Shown piece after piece: positions 1 to 11,312 of a stretch of 64,000 bases of DNA. The stretch lies in contig JANJGN010000009.1 in NCBI GenBank assembly GCA_026770705.1, positions 163,494,001 through 163,558,000 of the forward strand, written 5' to 3'. The notes beneath the pieces were generated by a model that was not told where the DNA came from, did not search any database, and worked only from the letters and a program-made list of their open reading frames with translations. This stretch comes from Isurus oxyrinchus. Its lineage: Eukaryota. The translations under genes were made by a program, and so were the position numbers. How positions within the stretch are numbered: position 1 is the stretch's first letter; each line of letters starts with the position of its first letter.

Positions 1-889
1 TTTGGATTTCCAGCATCCGCAGTTTTCTTTGTTTTTATCTCATTAAAATGTTGGTGAAATTGTCACTTTTCTCTGGCTAATCCCTTGACCAAAGAGGGAA
101 TTTTAATTCCCCTCCCCCATCCTGCATCGTGTTGAAGCATGATGGGATTTGCTGGATCCAGAACCTTCTCCAGCACGGCTTGTGATTCAGGAGACACACG
201 AAAGCTTCACCCCCACCCCCAGGCAAATGTTTTATACAATTTCTCCCTCCCCATGATTGGCCAATCCTGCCCCAAGCAGCAAAGTCGCCCTGACTCCCTC
301 CTCGCTGCTGTGCTCCGAGGCAACATTCCCACCAATTTCCAAACTTTTACCATAACGTTCCTACTTGGAAACCAGCCAAACATTCAATCAGTGTGCAAGA
401 ATTCTGGTGAGATTTTGCTGTTAAATTCGGCACAAACTCAACATTCCTGGTATTTCCAGCTTTCTCACCACCCCACACACAGTCCCCCCTCTCGTCTCCA
501 CGTACCAGGGTTGAAGTGTTCTATCGCAGCATGCAGAGAACCAGAGCCAATCACATTTACATTCTTATCCAAAGCTACAAAACATGTAACCGATATCTGA
601 CAACATTTTGCCCTCATTTTACCCTTTGCTTTTCTAAGATTCTCTCCAACCAATTCACATTCAACTCACAAACAATGAAACAGCATTGGAGGCTCACTAC
701 CAGCTACGAAGAGATATTGTTCACCATGATATTCATGTTAACATACTCTCAGTATCATAGCTGCTGTTCTGATCTGGAGACCTGATATGTTCTGATATAA
801 TGGCTGAAAGGGTAACTCAGGCCTCTAAGAGGATGGAGAGATATGGGGATGGATTTTTAAAAAGTATGGGGTCAGGATTAGAGATGGGT

Positions 890-1378
890 GGGTGTGAAAT
901 TTGACACCGCTGGTCTCCATGCCAATTTACTGTTACAATCCCAAGCCCGAAACATTTAGAAAGCAGGCGGCTTGCAGTCAAGTGGTGGGCAGCTAACTTA
1001 GGAAATAACATTTACCAAAGGGGCCAATTAAAGACCCATTCCTGCACCCACTGGGATTTCATTCAGCAATGCAAGCAGACCACATTACCCCTTCAGGATC
1101 ATGGCCCGGCAGCTGCCGGGTTTTGAAACATAAAATAAACTTACCTGGACATTCCCCTTGCTGTCTCCATGCTCAGGTCAGCAACTCCCACCTCACCTGG
1201 TGAGGCCCTCTAGCATCAGGAGCCCGCCCTCTGTCCCTGATTGGATGGTGAGCCAGTTCCAGTCTTTTGATTGGCTGGAACATTGAAAATTGCAGAGGGC
1301 ATGCCTAAAGAATGGTGAATGGTGTCAGGACCTGAAACTATCTCCCATGTCCAGTTCCCAAACCCAAATTTAACATCC
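890..1378. mobile_element. MITE-like DNA transposon remnant (copy B ~40751..41239)
   Basis: Imperfect TIRs GGGTGTGAAATTTG / CAAATTTAACATCC. Confidence 0.5.
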
Positions 1379-1507
1379 ACCCCATAGAGTGGTAGATGTG
1401 TTGGTGAGATTCCAACATGGCAGAGCCTGGCTGAGATGAAGTGCAAAGTTTGAAGACTATTTGATTATTAAATGTTTAGTATCTGAATGTTTCTTTCTTT
1501 CCAACAG

Positions 1508-1837
1508 AACCTGTGTCTGTTCCTGTGCTTAGATTTTCATCACCAGCAAATGTCTCATGTTCTGGGGGTTCAGTGTCCGTCTCCTGTGAGTCTGTCCAGG
1601 GATCCCTTCCCATTCAGTACACATGGTATGAAAAGACCCTGTCTGAAGATTCAAAGATCTCTGACACCAATAAACTGGATCTACATTGTCAATCCTTCAA
1701 ACAGCAACATCATCAATATTACTGCACAGCCTCGAATAATCAGGGAGTAAAATCCAGTGACACTGTCACTGTTAACTCAACACTCATGAATGTAACAACG
1801 AAAAGCTACAGTTATGTGATACAAATTGGAAACATTG
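1508..1837 (+). CDS. Paralog A exon: C2-type Ig domain
   Basis: ccaacag|AA CCT GTG...ATT G|gtaagt; 330 nt, phase 1-1; EPVSVPVL...VSCESVQGSLPIQYTWY...YYCTASN. Confidence 0.92.
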
Positions 1838-4800
1838 GTAAGTGTTACTTTCTACAAACAACGTGGCGAATGAATGTTTTAAATTCATGTCTATCCAAAC
1901 TGGTCACTGTTTCAGTTCCTTCAGTTTATCTGAGAAATTGCAACTGGCCAAATTCACTCTCTCTGGTTCCTCAAACATTCTGAACAAGGTCACTAAGTTG
2001 CATTTTTCATGAAAAATGGACAGGATCAGAAAATATCCCCAAAACATGCAAAAATATTGCAGAATCTCCAACAAACCCATCGAATCAAAATAGCATTTGA
2101 TTGACAGAGCTTTCATAAAGCAATTTGTCTATATCCAGCAGATGGAATTGTGAAATGCAACCTCCAACTGTTGTGTCCTAGTTTGGGAAGGATATCACTG
2201 ATAGAATAGAGAAGAATTGAATTAAAATGAACCCTTGGATGAGAGGTTTTAGTCATGAGGAAAGTCTCATCACAACTGAGGTGAATGACCAGCTGGAGGA
2301 CGTGGAAATTGTTAGAAATTTGGATAAGGTAACTCTAACTATTTCCACTAGTCAGTGAGTCAGCAACAAGAGAGCATTAACTTTAAAATTATCACTAAAA
2401 GGACAAAGGGAGAAATTTGGAGAATTTTATTGATGTAAACTGTTTTTAGGACATGGAATGCCCAACTGAAATAAGTTTACAAACAAATTTAATAATAGAT
2501 TTTAAAAGGGAAACAAATGTATGAGGGTGTGGGAAAAGGACAATGAAATGGAATTAAATGAGGAGATCATTCAGAGAACCAGCATTGGAGTGATGGGCTG
2601 AATTCCCTCCCCTGTGTTGTAAAAATTCCATCATTCCAGACAAAATCTCAACTTATCCTGTCTAAAAAATTAACTATTCCCTCCCCATAAAACAATGACC
2701 CTGGTTCTGAAACAAGGAGGACTTTAGCCTATTTGAATGTAACGGTTCAATTTTCTGCAGAGTGGGTGCAGCATGTTCACCGAGAAACACCAACATGGGC
2801 ACAAAACAAAGAGAATCACATTTTCACCTGAGCAGCAGGAGACAGGAATTTACATATGCAAATATATTGACTCTGGTCATGTGGTCTCTTGCCTCAGTTG
2901 TCAGGGAAGAAGGGTGGAATTTTACACCCCCATTGCGCCAGGGACTGGGCTGTAAAATGCAGCCAGCCATTCTAAACTCCATGCACTCCAGCAGACCATA
3001 AAATCCCACTGTCACAAGGCTCAGACCAAAGGCTGTCAGCAGCAGGTAGAAATTACACCTGTAAACTGTGTTTGTACTGGAGTTGTCAGCAGGGACTCAG
3101 TTGCACTCTGACCTTTGATGCCAGTCTTTTGTAGTTACAAGTTCCCCTTAAGAGTTAAAATTCGGGCTGATACCATGATCCAGCACTGAGGTAGTGCTAT
3201 ACTGGTGGTGGTGCTGCTGTGTAGATGAGGTGTTAAACTGAGGATCCACATCCCCGTTAGGTAGATGTAAACATTTCCAGGGTATTATTCACAGAATAGG
3301 GAAGTTCTCCTGGTGTCCTTGAAGCCTTTATTCCTCAACCAATACACACAAATAGGGAGCAGGAGCAGGCTATTTGGTCTTTTGAGCCTGTTAATGTCAC
3401 TACAAAACAGATCATCTAGTGAATGTTTTACTGATGTTTGTGGGGCTTTGCTGTGTACGAATTAACTTCCACGTTTCTTGATATTAAAACTGTGGCTTTA
3501 CTTCAAAAAAGTACTTCATAGGCTCTGAAGCACTTTGGGATATCCCAAGGTTGTGAAAGGTGATGAATCAACACACATTGTTTCTTACTTTTTGAAACAA
3601 ATGATTTATTAAAATACATCTGAACCAATTATCTGAGTGCAAACGGCAGGGGGGAGGGGGAGGGAGGAGCCAGTCCCAGCAGCAAGGTGGGTCATTATAA
3701 TTAAATGGACAGAAAATCACTGGCAGGTTTGAGACATTCATGGTCTGTTGGTGAAGATTCTCATCTTTACTGCAAGCTCAGAAAACTGCCCCCAAAGGGC
3801 AGAAAGTGACCATTGCCAGTATTAGGATGTGACTGTTTAATGTGTTCACATGAAATTCATGTAATGAAAGTGTATCTCTGGATTGTAGTCCACCAACCTG
3901 AGCCCTTAACTGGCCCACTAGTAACTCTGTCCCACCAACTCTCAGATATAGTAAAGAAAGTGGAATTACCAGTAAAGATAGATCACCACCAAGTATCTGC
4001 GACCTCTCCACTTGTGACCAGAGAGGGGTAAATTACACAGAAATCAATTCTACCAGCCAGGCTTTTCCTCAATTAATGAGGTTCCATTTGACAATGATGC
4101 TCTCTCAGTTGACTACAAGTGAAAATGAGCTGAATCTGAATGTTATTCTTTTGCTTCAACAGGACCTGAGTATTTTTGTGATGTTTCTACAACAGTATCA
4201 CCAACTACACATTTGACAAGTACAGATATAATTTCCACTACCAATCGATCCACACCTTCAGATCCCGAAAATGCTGAAAGGTACAATGTTCTCATGGACT
4301 GGCACTGCTTCCATATGTGAGAGATACGATTGGCCAAAGGAGTGAAAGTTGTTCATTAATTTGGAAAGTAGCTCATCAGAATGGAAATGGTGGCTGGGTT
4401 TATATCATGCTGTTGTGTTAGCTTCTTAATGAGGGTGCATTTTTCTGTTGGAAAATACAAGCAAGGAGTGAGCTTTTCCATTGTGTTGCCGCTCAGATGG
4501 TGTTTTTTGCCTTATTCACCTTGATTACTTCACCGCTAAGGTAATCTCACAGTGTGTGAGGAGTTGTACTTGTCAAACTTACCTTGCTGCTGTCTACACT
4601 GACAGAGTACTTGTATTTGGGCTGATGAAAAGGAAGAATTAGCGTGATATATCTGCACATCCTTTGGTTTCACTAATGAGAGACATCTTGCAGCTCTCGG
4701 CCCGTTTCCATATTATAAACGTAAGTTGTTGACAATAAGTAGCAGAAATTGTAGTCCGATGTAAACACTCAGGAATCGGGTCTTTGAAGTTACAATGGTG

Positions 4801-7800
4801 ATAAAGAGAAAACGCCAACTAAATGTCAAACAGAAAGAGGGACAGTTGGAAATGGACAGCAGGTATGTCCGCAGCTGTGGAGAAAATAAACACGTTCATG
4901 GTTTGGGTGCAGACACTTCTTCAGAATTCTAGTCCACACACGAAGCGAAGCAGGTCCACTCACCCCACAGATCCCAACTGAGCTGCTGAATGTTTCCAGA
5001 ATCTTCTGTTTTCCATTCATATTTCTAGCACATGCAGTGCTCTAACTTTTATCCAGATTATTGTCAATGATTTAAGAATTATAGAAAGTATCTGATTTTT
5101 ATTTTAAGACAAATCTCTATGTCTGCTCTGTTGTATAAAGTTGACAACAAAGATCATCTGAATATGAAATCCATATATGTATGAAACAGTTATTACTTCC
5201 ACTTTTTTCAGGGAACATCAGGTATTCTTGCATTTGGATTTTAATAATTAAAACTGACCCAGTATTAAACAGGGCTCAGTGGTAGCACACTCACCTTACA
5301 TGTCAAAGGCTGTAGGTTCACTTCCGCTCCAGAGACCTCAGCACATTATCTTGGCTGACACTCCAGTGCACTACTGAGGGAGTGCTGTTCTGTTGGAGGT
5401 GCCACTTCTCAGATGTGATACACCCAAGGCCCATCTGCTCTCTCAGGTGGGTGTAACAGATCCCATAGTGACATTCATAGAAGAGCAGGGCAGTTCTCCC
5501 TCGAGACCTGGGCAACATCACTAAAAAAAACAAATTATTTGTTCATCCAACTAATTGCTATTTGTGGGAGCATGCTGTGTGCAAATTGAGTGCCACATTT
5601 GCCAAATTACCACAGTTACACTGCATTAAAAATATTCATTGCTTGTAAAGTGCTTTGGGATGTCCTGAGGTCATGAAAGCCACTTTATAAATATCTACCT
5701 TTAAATATTTCTTTAAACAAATGGCCAATAATCAATTGTGAACCAACACTGTCCCTTGTCTATTCTCTGTTTCACAGTCTGATTTACATTGTGCTCGGAG
5801 TGCTGGGGGGCATTCTTGTGGTGTTTGCTGTTTCTCTACTTCTGTACCTGAGGCAAATCAACAAGGGTGAGTTTTTATTTCTCTTTAATCATTTTATTAT
5901 ATGGCAATAATTTGCTGCAGAAGGAAAGAATATACAGTTTGTTGGATCAATCAACAATCACCCATGACCCTAGTATTCTCATTCTAGTCTACACATATTG
6001 AACATGGGGCTGAATTTTTCTCTATTCGAGCGGGCGCACACCAGATCCAAACGAGAGTAAAATAGTGCGCGATGAGGTCAGACGAGCGTCTGGACATTAT
6101 CGTACACTCTGGCGATATTTCTCTCTGCAGGCACGTGCGAGAGGCGGCAGCACGCCCGCTGACAATGAAGCAACCTATTAAGGCCCTTAATCAATTAATA
6201 GAATTGAATTTTTTGCTGCCGGTCCAACTGTTCGGTTGGTTTGTGGTCAAATCGGCCAATCAGCCTTTGCACTTTTGTTGAAACCTCATCAATGGGCCGG
6301 ATGGGGTTTTGACCAGTGATTAAAGCAAAAACTTTGAGAACTCGTATTTAAATGGCCATGGTCATGTGACAGAGTCACATGAGGGGACATGTTTTCATTA
6401 GTTTTCAATTCTTTATTTTGATTGTTCAAAATCTTCAGCTCCCTGAGGCAGCTCTGAGACTCAGGGAGCTTTCACTGTGAGCACGCGCACACATGCACAA
6501 ACTTGCACACTTGCCCTCCTCCTGCCCTCACGCCAGCAGTGCTGAGCATTGCAGCGCGTATTATGTACTGACTGGCCATTAATTGTCCAGCCCATGTGAA
6601 ATCGATGTTGGGGCCTGATTCGGGGCAGTGGTCGGCTTCACAACCACTCCTGAGCCCACCTGCCATGCCCGCCCGACAAGGGCAAAATTCTGCCCATGGA
6701 ATAATTAAGTTGAGTATTGCTGATAAAAATTTCATTTGAACAGATGAACAAGGAGCAGGAGTAGGCCATTCAGCCCCTCGAGCCTGCTCCGTTATTCAAT
6801 AAGATCATGACTGATCTGATGGTAACCTGAAATCTGCATCCCAGCTACCCCCCACATAACCTATCAACCCCTTGTTTACCAAGAATCTATTCACCTTCCC
6901 CTTAAAAATATTCAAAGACTCTGCTTCCCCCACCTTTTTAGGAAGAGAGTTCCAAAGACTCATGACCCTTGGCGTGAAAAAATTTTGCCTCATCTCCATT
7001 TTAAATGGGGGCGACCCCTTATTTTTAAATAATTACCCCTAGCTCTAGATTCTTCCACAAGAGGAAACATTCTCTCCACATCCAGCCCATCAAGACCCCT
7101 CAGGATTTTATTCTGTTGAAGCAATCATCACTCTCTTCTCATGCAGTATAAATTGTTGCTCCTTTTATTGTTGGTATTGTTGCAAACTGTCCTGATGAGA
7201 ACAAGGCAAAAAGCTTTGACAGCGCGTCTCTTTGAATGAGAAAAATTGGGCCTCTGATTTCTCCCTGTGATGAATTGCTTGACCTTACATCAATGACACA
7301 ACATAACAGGTACTTGTATTCAGGATAGAATTGATCAGTTTTTGAAATGCTCAATCCTAAACACACGGGAGTTAATTTTCTCTTTCACATCACGGGTGTT
7401 AATCTGTCAGAGTGCTACGTAGAAATTAATGGAATGAAATTTGGGTGTGTTCTCTAATAGACAATCTGTTCTGTCAGACAGAAAACGTCATATGCTGGTA
7501 GTGTAGTTGCTGGTTTCTGGTGTGTGTGGCCTATCTTAACGAGAGAAACTAGTGTTACTCTGTTACTTGCTTTAAACTGCTTTATTAACACTGTATTTAA
7601 GATAGGTTACAGAGTAGGTATGCCTCCCCTGAGTAGAGTGTTCCATCCTCTCTCCCAGGTAAATAGCACATGACTGCCAATTTCATTGATACATCATGGT
7701 GTACATCACTCATCAGCATAGCTATTCCATTAACCCATTACACTACAAACACTTTTGTCATGCTATGTATAATAACCAGGCTGATTGTTCAATCCATGTT

Positions 7801-8954
7801 GGAAATCATTGGTGCAATGCAGATGAACACATTTCCATGAATGTGGATCAATGTCAGGTTTAGCACACTTGCAACTCATGTTTAGTGTAGAGATTTTAAA
7901 CATTTTAACCATTCCTTGTTACAGTTCTTTCAACAGTTACATTGTAATTTTTCAGGTACAAACTGCATTCCAAGTCATCGGAGAGACAAGACTCTCCATT
8001 ATAATCAGGTAAGGATATAAACATTACTTCTCTGAATACTGTTTGGAAATTTGCAAGCTGGTGGATATAGAATTTACTAACTAAGAACTTACAGCCATTC
8101 GGCCCATCTGCACGAGGCTGGTTCTTATGCTCCACACGAACCTCCTCTCACCCCTCTTCATCCCACCCTATCAGCATATCCTTCTGTCCTTTACTCTCTC
8201 ATGTGCTTATCTAGCTTTCCTTTAAATGCAGCAATCCTATTGGACTCAACTCCTCCCCAGGGAAGGAATAAGGAATTCAGAAGAAACTTCTTTACCCAGA
8301 GAGTGTCAGAATCTGAAATTCGTTACTTTAAGTCAAAGTTCAGGCAAATACCATAAATAAAGCTGGATAAAGCTGGATAAGCAGTTGAGGGAGAAAATAA
8401 TAGAAAGATATTTTGAAGAGGTTGGATGAAGAGGGGTGGGAGGAGGCTTGTGAGGAGAATGATACTGGTATAGACCCATTGGGCTGAATTGTTTGTTTCT
8501 GTGCTGTAAATAATTTTTAATATCTTGTAATCCTTTATAAACTGATTTATAATAATGGATACATAGCTTTCTCCTCATAACAGCACAAGTCACCATTCAG
8601 GCTAATCAAAAATAAATGCAATCATTTTTTTAATATATTTAGGTATTGGCAGCAGAGGAAGACGGCACTGTGTATGCAAATGTAAACCACACTCAAAGGA
8701 GCTCGGCAGGAACACACAGAGAGGGAACTGCCGAGTTGAATAATGAGGAAATCACATATGCAGCAGTGCAATTACAAAAGAAATCGTCTACACAGAGAGG
8801 TGAAGGGACAAGTCACTCAGTTAACAACCCGGACAGTGTCATCTACAGTGGAGTCATGATTCACAACCAGCCCACAAAGAAAAACCCTAAAACTCTATTA
8901 CATGATACTCCCCAGGAATCTGAAATGGCAATTTATGCTACCGTTACTCATTAG
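1508..8954 (+). CDS. CD300/pIgR-like (MDIR-like) inhibitory Ig receptor, paralog A, 3' five exons (signal and V exons lie upstream of the window)
   Basis: Exons 1508..1837, 4163..4280, 5778..5866, 7956..8008, 8643..8954 have AG/GT boundaries and compatible phases (1,2,1,0). They give C2 domain, stalk, TM and ITIM tail with no stops. Confidence 0.88.
2190..2620 (+). mobile_element. Degraded CR1 LINE 3' end (copy B ~42050..42480)
   Basis: Decayed ORF2 C-terminus and CR1-type tail gatgggctgaattccctcccctgtgttgtaa. Confidence 0.6.
3170..3565 (+). mobile_element. Deu-domain SINE, SacSINE1/AmnSINE1-like, partial (copy B ~43030..43430)
   Basis: Core actgaggtagtgct...gatgaggtgttaaactgagg...gtagatgtaa and tail gaagcactttgggatatcc. 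Confidence 0.65.
4163..4280 (+). CDS. Paralog A exon: Ser/Thr-rich stalk
   Basis: ttcaacag|GA CCT GAG...GAA AG|gtacaa; GPEYFCDVSTTVSPTTHLTSTDIISTTNRSTPSDPENAE; phase 1-2. Confidence 0.85.
4826..5050. mobile_element. Inverted pair of old Penelope pLTR ends (copy B ~44671..44895)
   Basis: 4826..4930 resembles the pLTR end in one orientation and 4960..5050 resembles it in the other. Confidence 0.55.
5271..5700 (+). mobile_element. Full-length Deu-domain SINE (copy B ~45116..45545)
   Basis: tRNA-like head ggctcagtggtagc...ggttca, Deu core actgagggagtgctg...ctctcaggtgg...gatccca, L2-like tail gtaaagtgctttgggatgtcctgagg. Confidence 0.75.
5778..5866 (+). CDS. Paralog A exon: transmembrane segment
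   Basis: ttcacag|T CTG ATT...AAG G|gtgagt; SLIYIVLGVLGGILVVFAVSLLLYLRQINK; no charged TM residue; phase 2-1. Confidence 0.9.
6007..6695. mobile_element. PIF/Harbinger-type MITE (copy B 45852..46539)
   Basis: TIRs GGGCTGAATTTT / AAAATTCTGCCC flanked by a 3-bp duplication ATG. Confidence 0.7.
6745..7110 (-). mobile_element. CR1 LINE 3' end (copy B ~46590..46950)
   Basis: Minus-strand ORF EMRQNFFTPRVMSLWNSLP matches the CR1 ORF2 C-terminus. Confidence 0.85.
7502..7747 (-). mobile_element. Possible solo LTR
   Basis: TGTAGT...ACTACA termini and a minus-strand AATAAA; no TSD found. Confidence 0.35.
7956..8008 (+). CDS. Paralog A exon: cytoplasmic exon 1
   Basis: tttttcag|GT ACA AAC...AAT CAG|gtaagg; GTNCIPSHRRDKTLHYNQ. 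Phase 1-0, which bridges the TM exon to the last exon. Confidence 0.82.
8085..8510. mobile_element. Head-to-head pair of CR1 3' ends in the last intron (copy B ~47925..48350)
   Basis: 8085..8255 is a minus-strand CR1 tail; 8260..8510 is a plus-strand tail (RRNFFTQRV...ttgggctgaattgtttgtttctgtgctgtaaa). Confidence 0.7.
8643..8954 (+). CDS. Paralog A terminal exon: ITSM/ITIM-bearing tail
   Basis: tttag|GTA TTG GCA...CAT TAG; motifs TVYANV, ITYAAV, VIYSGV, AIYATV. Confidence 0.92.
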   Translation, partial: VLAAEEDGTVYANVNHTQRSSAGTHREGTAELNNEEITYAAVQLQKKSSTQRGEGTSHSVNNPDSVIYSGVMIHNQPTKKNPKTLLHDTPQESEMAIYATVTH

Positions 8955-8974
8955 GGAAACCATTCGGGTGGTGC

Positions 8975-9225
8975 ATGTACTGCCCAGTGCACTTAACTTT
9001 GCATCTCAGTTGCATTGAATTTCTTCTGCCATGAGCTGTCCACATAGTTACTTTAGTCCAATTCTTCCTTTAACTTCGGAATTGTTTCCTCCATTCCCAC
9101 CGCTCCTCCCAGTTTGGAATCATCAGCAAATGTAATCAATTCACCTTGAGTTTCAGAGTCCAGGACATTAATGTAAATTAGAGTGGTCCCAATACCAGGC
9201 CTTATAGCACCACACTCACCAGCCA
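8975..9225 (-). mobile_element. CR1 reverse-transcriptase fragment just after the stop codon (copy B ~48815..49065)
   Basis: IYINVLD...FADDSKLGG RT motif. Confidence 0.75.
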
Positions 9226-9252
9226 GACCCCCCACCCCCCCAACACCCCCAG

Positions 9253-9700
9253 CATTGGTAGCTCTGTTGCTGCTGATTCACAAGTTCCAGGTTTGAGTTC
9301 CATGCCAGGGCTTGAGTGGAAAATTCAAATGTTGACACTCTGTTGTAGTACTGAGGGAGTGCTGAACTGTTGGAGGTGCTGTTTTTTGGGTGATATGTTA
9401 AACCGAGGTCCCATCTGCCTACATGAGTGAATGTAATAGATCCCATGGCATTATTTTGAAGAAGAATAAGGGAGTTAACCCCGGTGTCCAGACCATTATT
9501 TCTCCCTCAATCCACATCACAGAAACAAATAGCCTGATCATTATCACATTGCTGTTAGTGGGGGTTTGCTGTGCACAAATCGGCTGCTGCATTTTCTACA
9601 TCACAACAGTGACTACACTTCAAAAGTGCTCCAGGGGCTGTAAAGCTCTTTGAGACATCCAGTGATTATAAAAAACATGATAAAAATCCACAGCTTTCTT
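9253..9700 (+). mobile_element. Deu-domain SINE (copy B ~49090..49540)
   Basis: Same head, core and tail as 5271..5700. Confidence 0.7.
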
Positions 9701-9749
9701 TCTTTTCTTTAACACAACCGGCCTAATGGGCCAAATTTGTCTCAGCGTC

Positions 9750-11010
9750 CAACTCTAGTCTGCAAGTCAGATCGTCATGGGTTACCTCCGGGACTTGATC
9801 ATACAATCCAGGCAGATACTTCAGTGCAGTACTGAGAGAGTGCTGCACTGTTGGGACTGCCTTCTTTTAGGTGTGATAGTAAACTGAAGCCAAAACAGAA
9901 AGATGGGGGTGTTGAATGGCAAGCAACAGGAAGTTCTGGGTCATGCTTGCGTAGAGACCCCCTTTTTTTTCCCCCAATAAATTATATAGATTTTTCTTTT
10001 CCCACCTATTTCCATTATTTTTAAATATTTTAAAATCTTTTATGCTCCCTCCACCCCGACTAGAGCTGTACCTTGAGTGCCCTACCTTCCATTCTTAATT
10101 AGCACATTCGTTTAGATAATATCATCCCCCCCCCCCCCCCCCCCCCCCCCCCACACACACCTTAAACCAGCTTATATTTCAACTCTTTCTTGGACTCGAA
10201 ATCAAGTTCTGTCGAAGGGTCATGAGGACTCGAAACGTCAACTCTTTTCTTCTCCGCCGATGCTGCCAGACCTGCTGAGTTTTTCCAGGTAATTCTGTTT
10301 TTGTTTTAGAGACCAAAGTGGTCCTGCAAAGCGATCACCCCACCCTCACAAGGACCATCTCTCACTTGTTCATGTTGTTCTTTCCAGAGAGCTTACCCTT
10401 GTCCTGCCATTATCACATTCTGCTTTCTGATCTTAATGTCACCATTAGCACCTCCTTTAGCCAGTATCACTATCAAGAAGACCCCTTTGTCCTTTTGTCT
10501 GTGACATCTCTGGCAATCTCTCCTTTGCCTCCACCTATCACTGATCTTCTATCCACCTTCACCTGCTCCACCCCCACTTAAACAGCATAAATTTCATTAG
10601 ATTTTTACTACTCTCTAGCTCTGAGGAAGAGTCATTAGGATTCAAAACATTAACTCTTTTTTTTCCCTCCACAGATGCTGTTAGACCTGCTGAGTTTTTC
10701 CAGCATTTCCTGTTTTTGTTTCAGATTTCCAGCATCTGCAGTATTTTGCGTTTATCTTAGTATTAAACTGAAGACCCTCCTGTACCTTAGGTGGATGTAA
10801 AAGATCCCATGGCACTATTCAAACAGTTCTCCCAGTGTCCTGGTCAATATTTATTCTGCACCCAGTATCAAGTAAAGAGATTACCTGCTTATTCATCCAG
10901 TTTTGGGCCCTTGCTGTATGATGATTTGTTGCCACATCTCTCTGTTTCAAAAATACTTCATTGGCTGTGAAAGGCATTGTATAAATTGTAAGTTCAACTC
11001 TTCTTTCTTT
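9750..11010 (+). mobile_element. Deu-domain SINE split by nested Penelope fragments at 9890..10760 (copy B ~49590..50920)
   Basis: The SINE core resumes after a TA(T/G)TAAACTGAAG duplication; the inner young pLTR 9961..10310 is flanked by TAGAGACC. Confidence 0.7.
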
Positions 11011-11312
11011 TCTAATGAGCATTAGTTTCATTTTGTCGTTCAAACAATCTTTTTATCTCAGGGATTACCCTAAATACACAGAGTTTTGGGGATGCCCGGG
11101 TTGAGGCCTCTGACCCTCTACGAGGAACAGGCTGGAGGGAACAGTACCATTCCTGTGTAAAGGGCAAGGTTGGCATCCCCCAACAAGCCAGTGAGGGTCT
11201 AATAAAATAAATGGTATCATAGCTGCAAGGCCACCTCTGTGGAGGGGTACAACTTCAAATGCAATTTGGCAAATGCATTTTGAAAATCAGAACACTTTCC
11301 AGACTAGCACTT

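Noticed and set aside
139-600. 153-aa ORF conserved in both copies
   Set aside because: Intronic, overlaps repeat debris and has no domain. Its conservation only reflects the recent duplication; the same applies to most short paired ORFs.
1838-1983. Read-through of the C2 exon ORF, and of the V exon to 30233, as soluble isoforms
   Set aside because: Both extensions lie past a good GT donor. The C2 extension is cut by a stop at 41742 in copy B, and there is no transcript or poly(A) evidence.
5212-5221. Candidate micro-exon ttttttcag|GGAACATCAG|gtattc between the stalk and TM exons
   Set aside because: A 10-nt exon would shift the frame, and the stalk and TM exons already join in phase. It could only be a poison exon and has no support.
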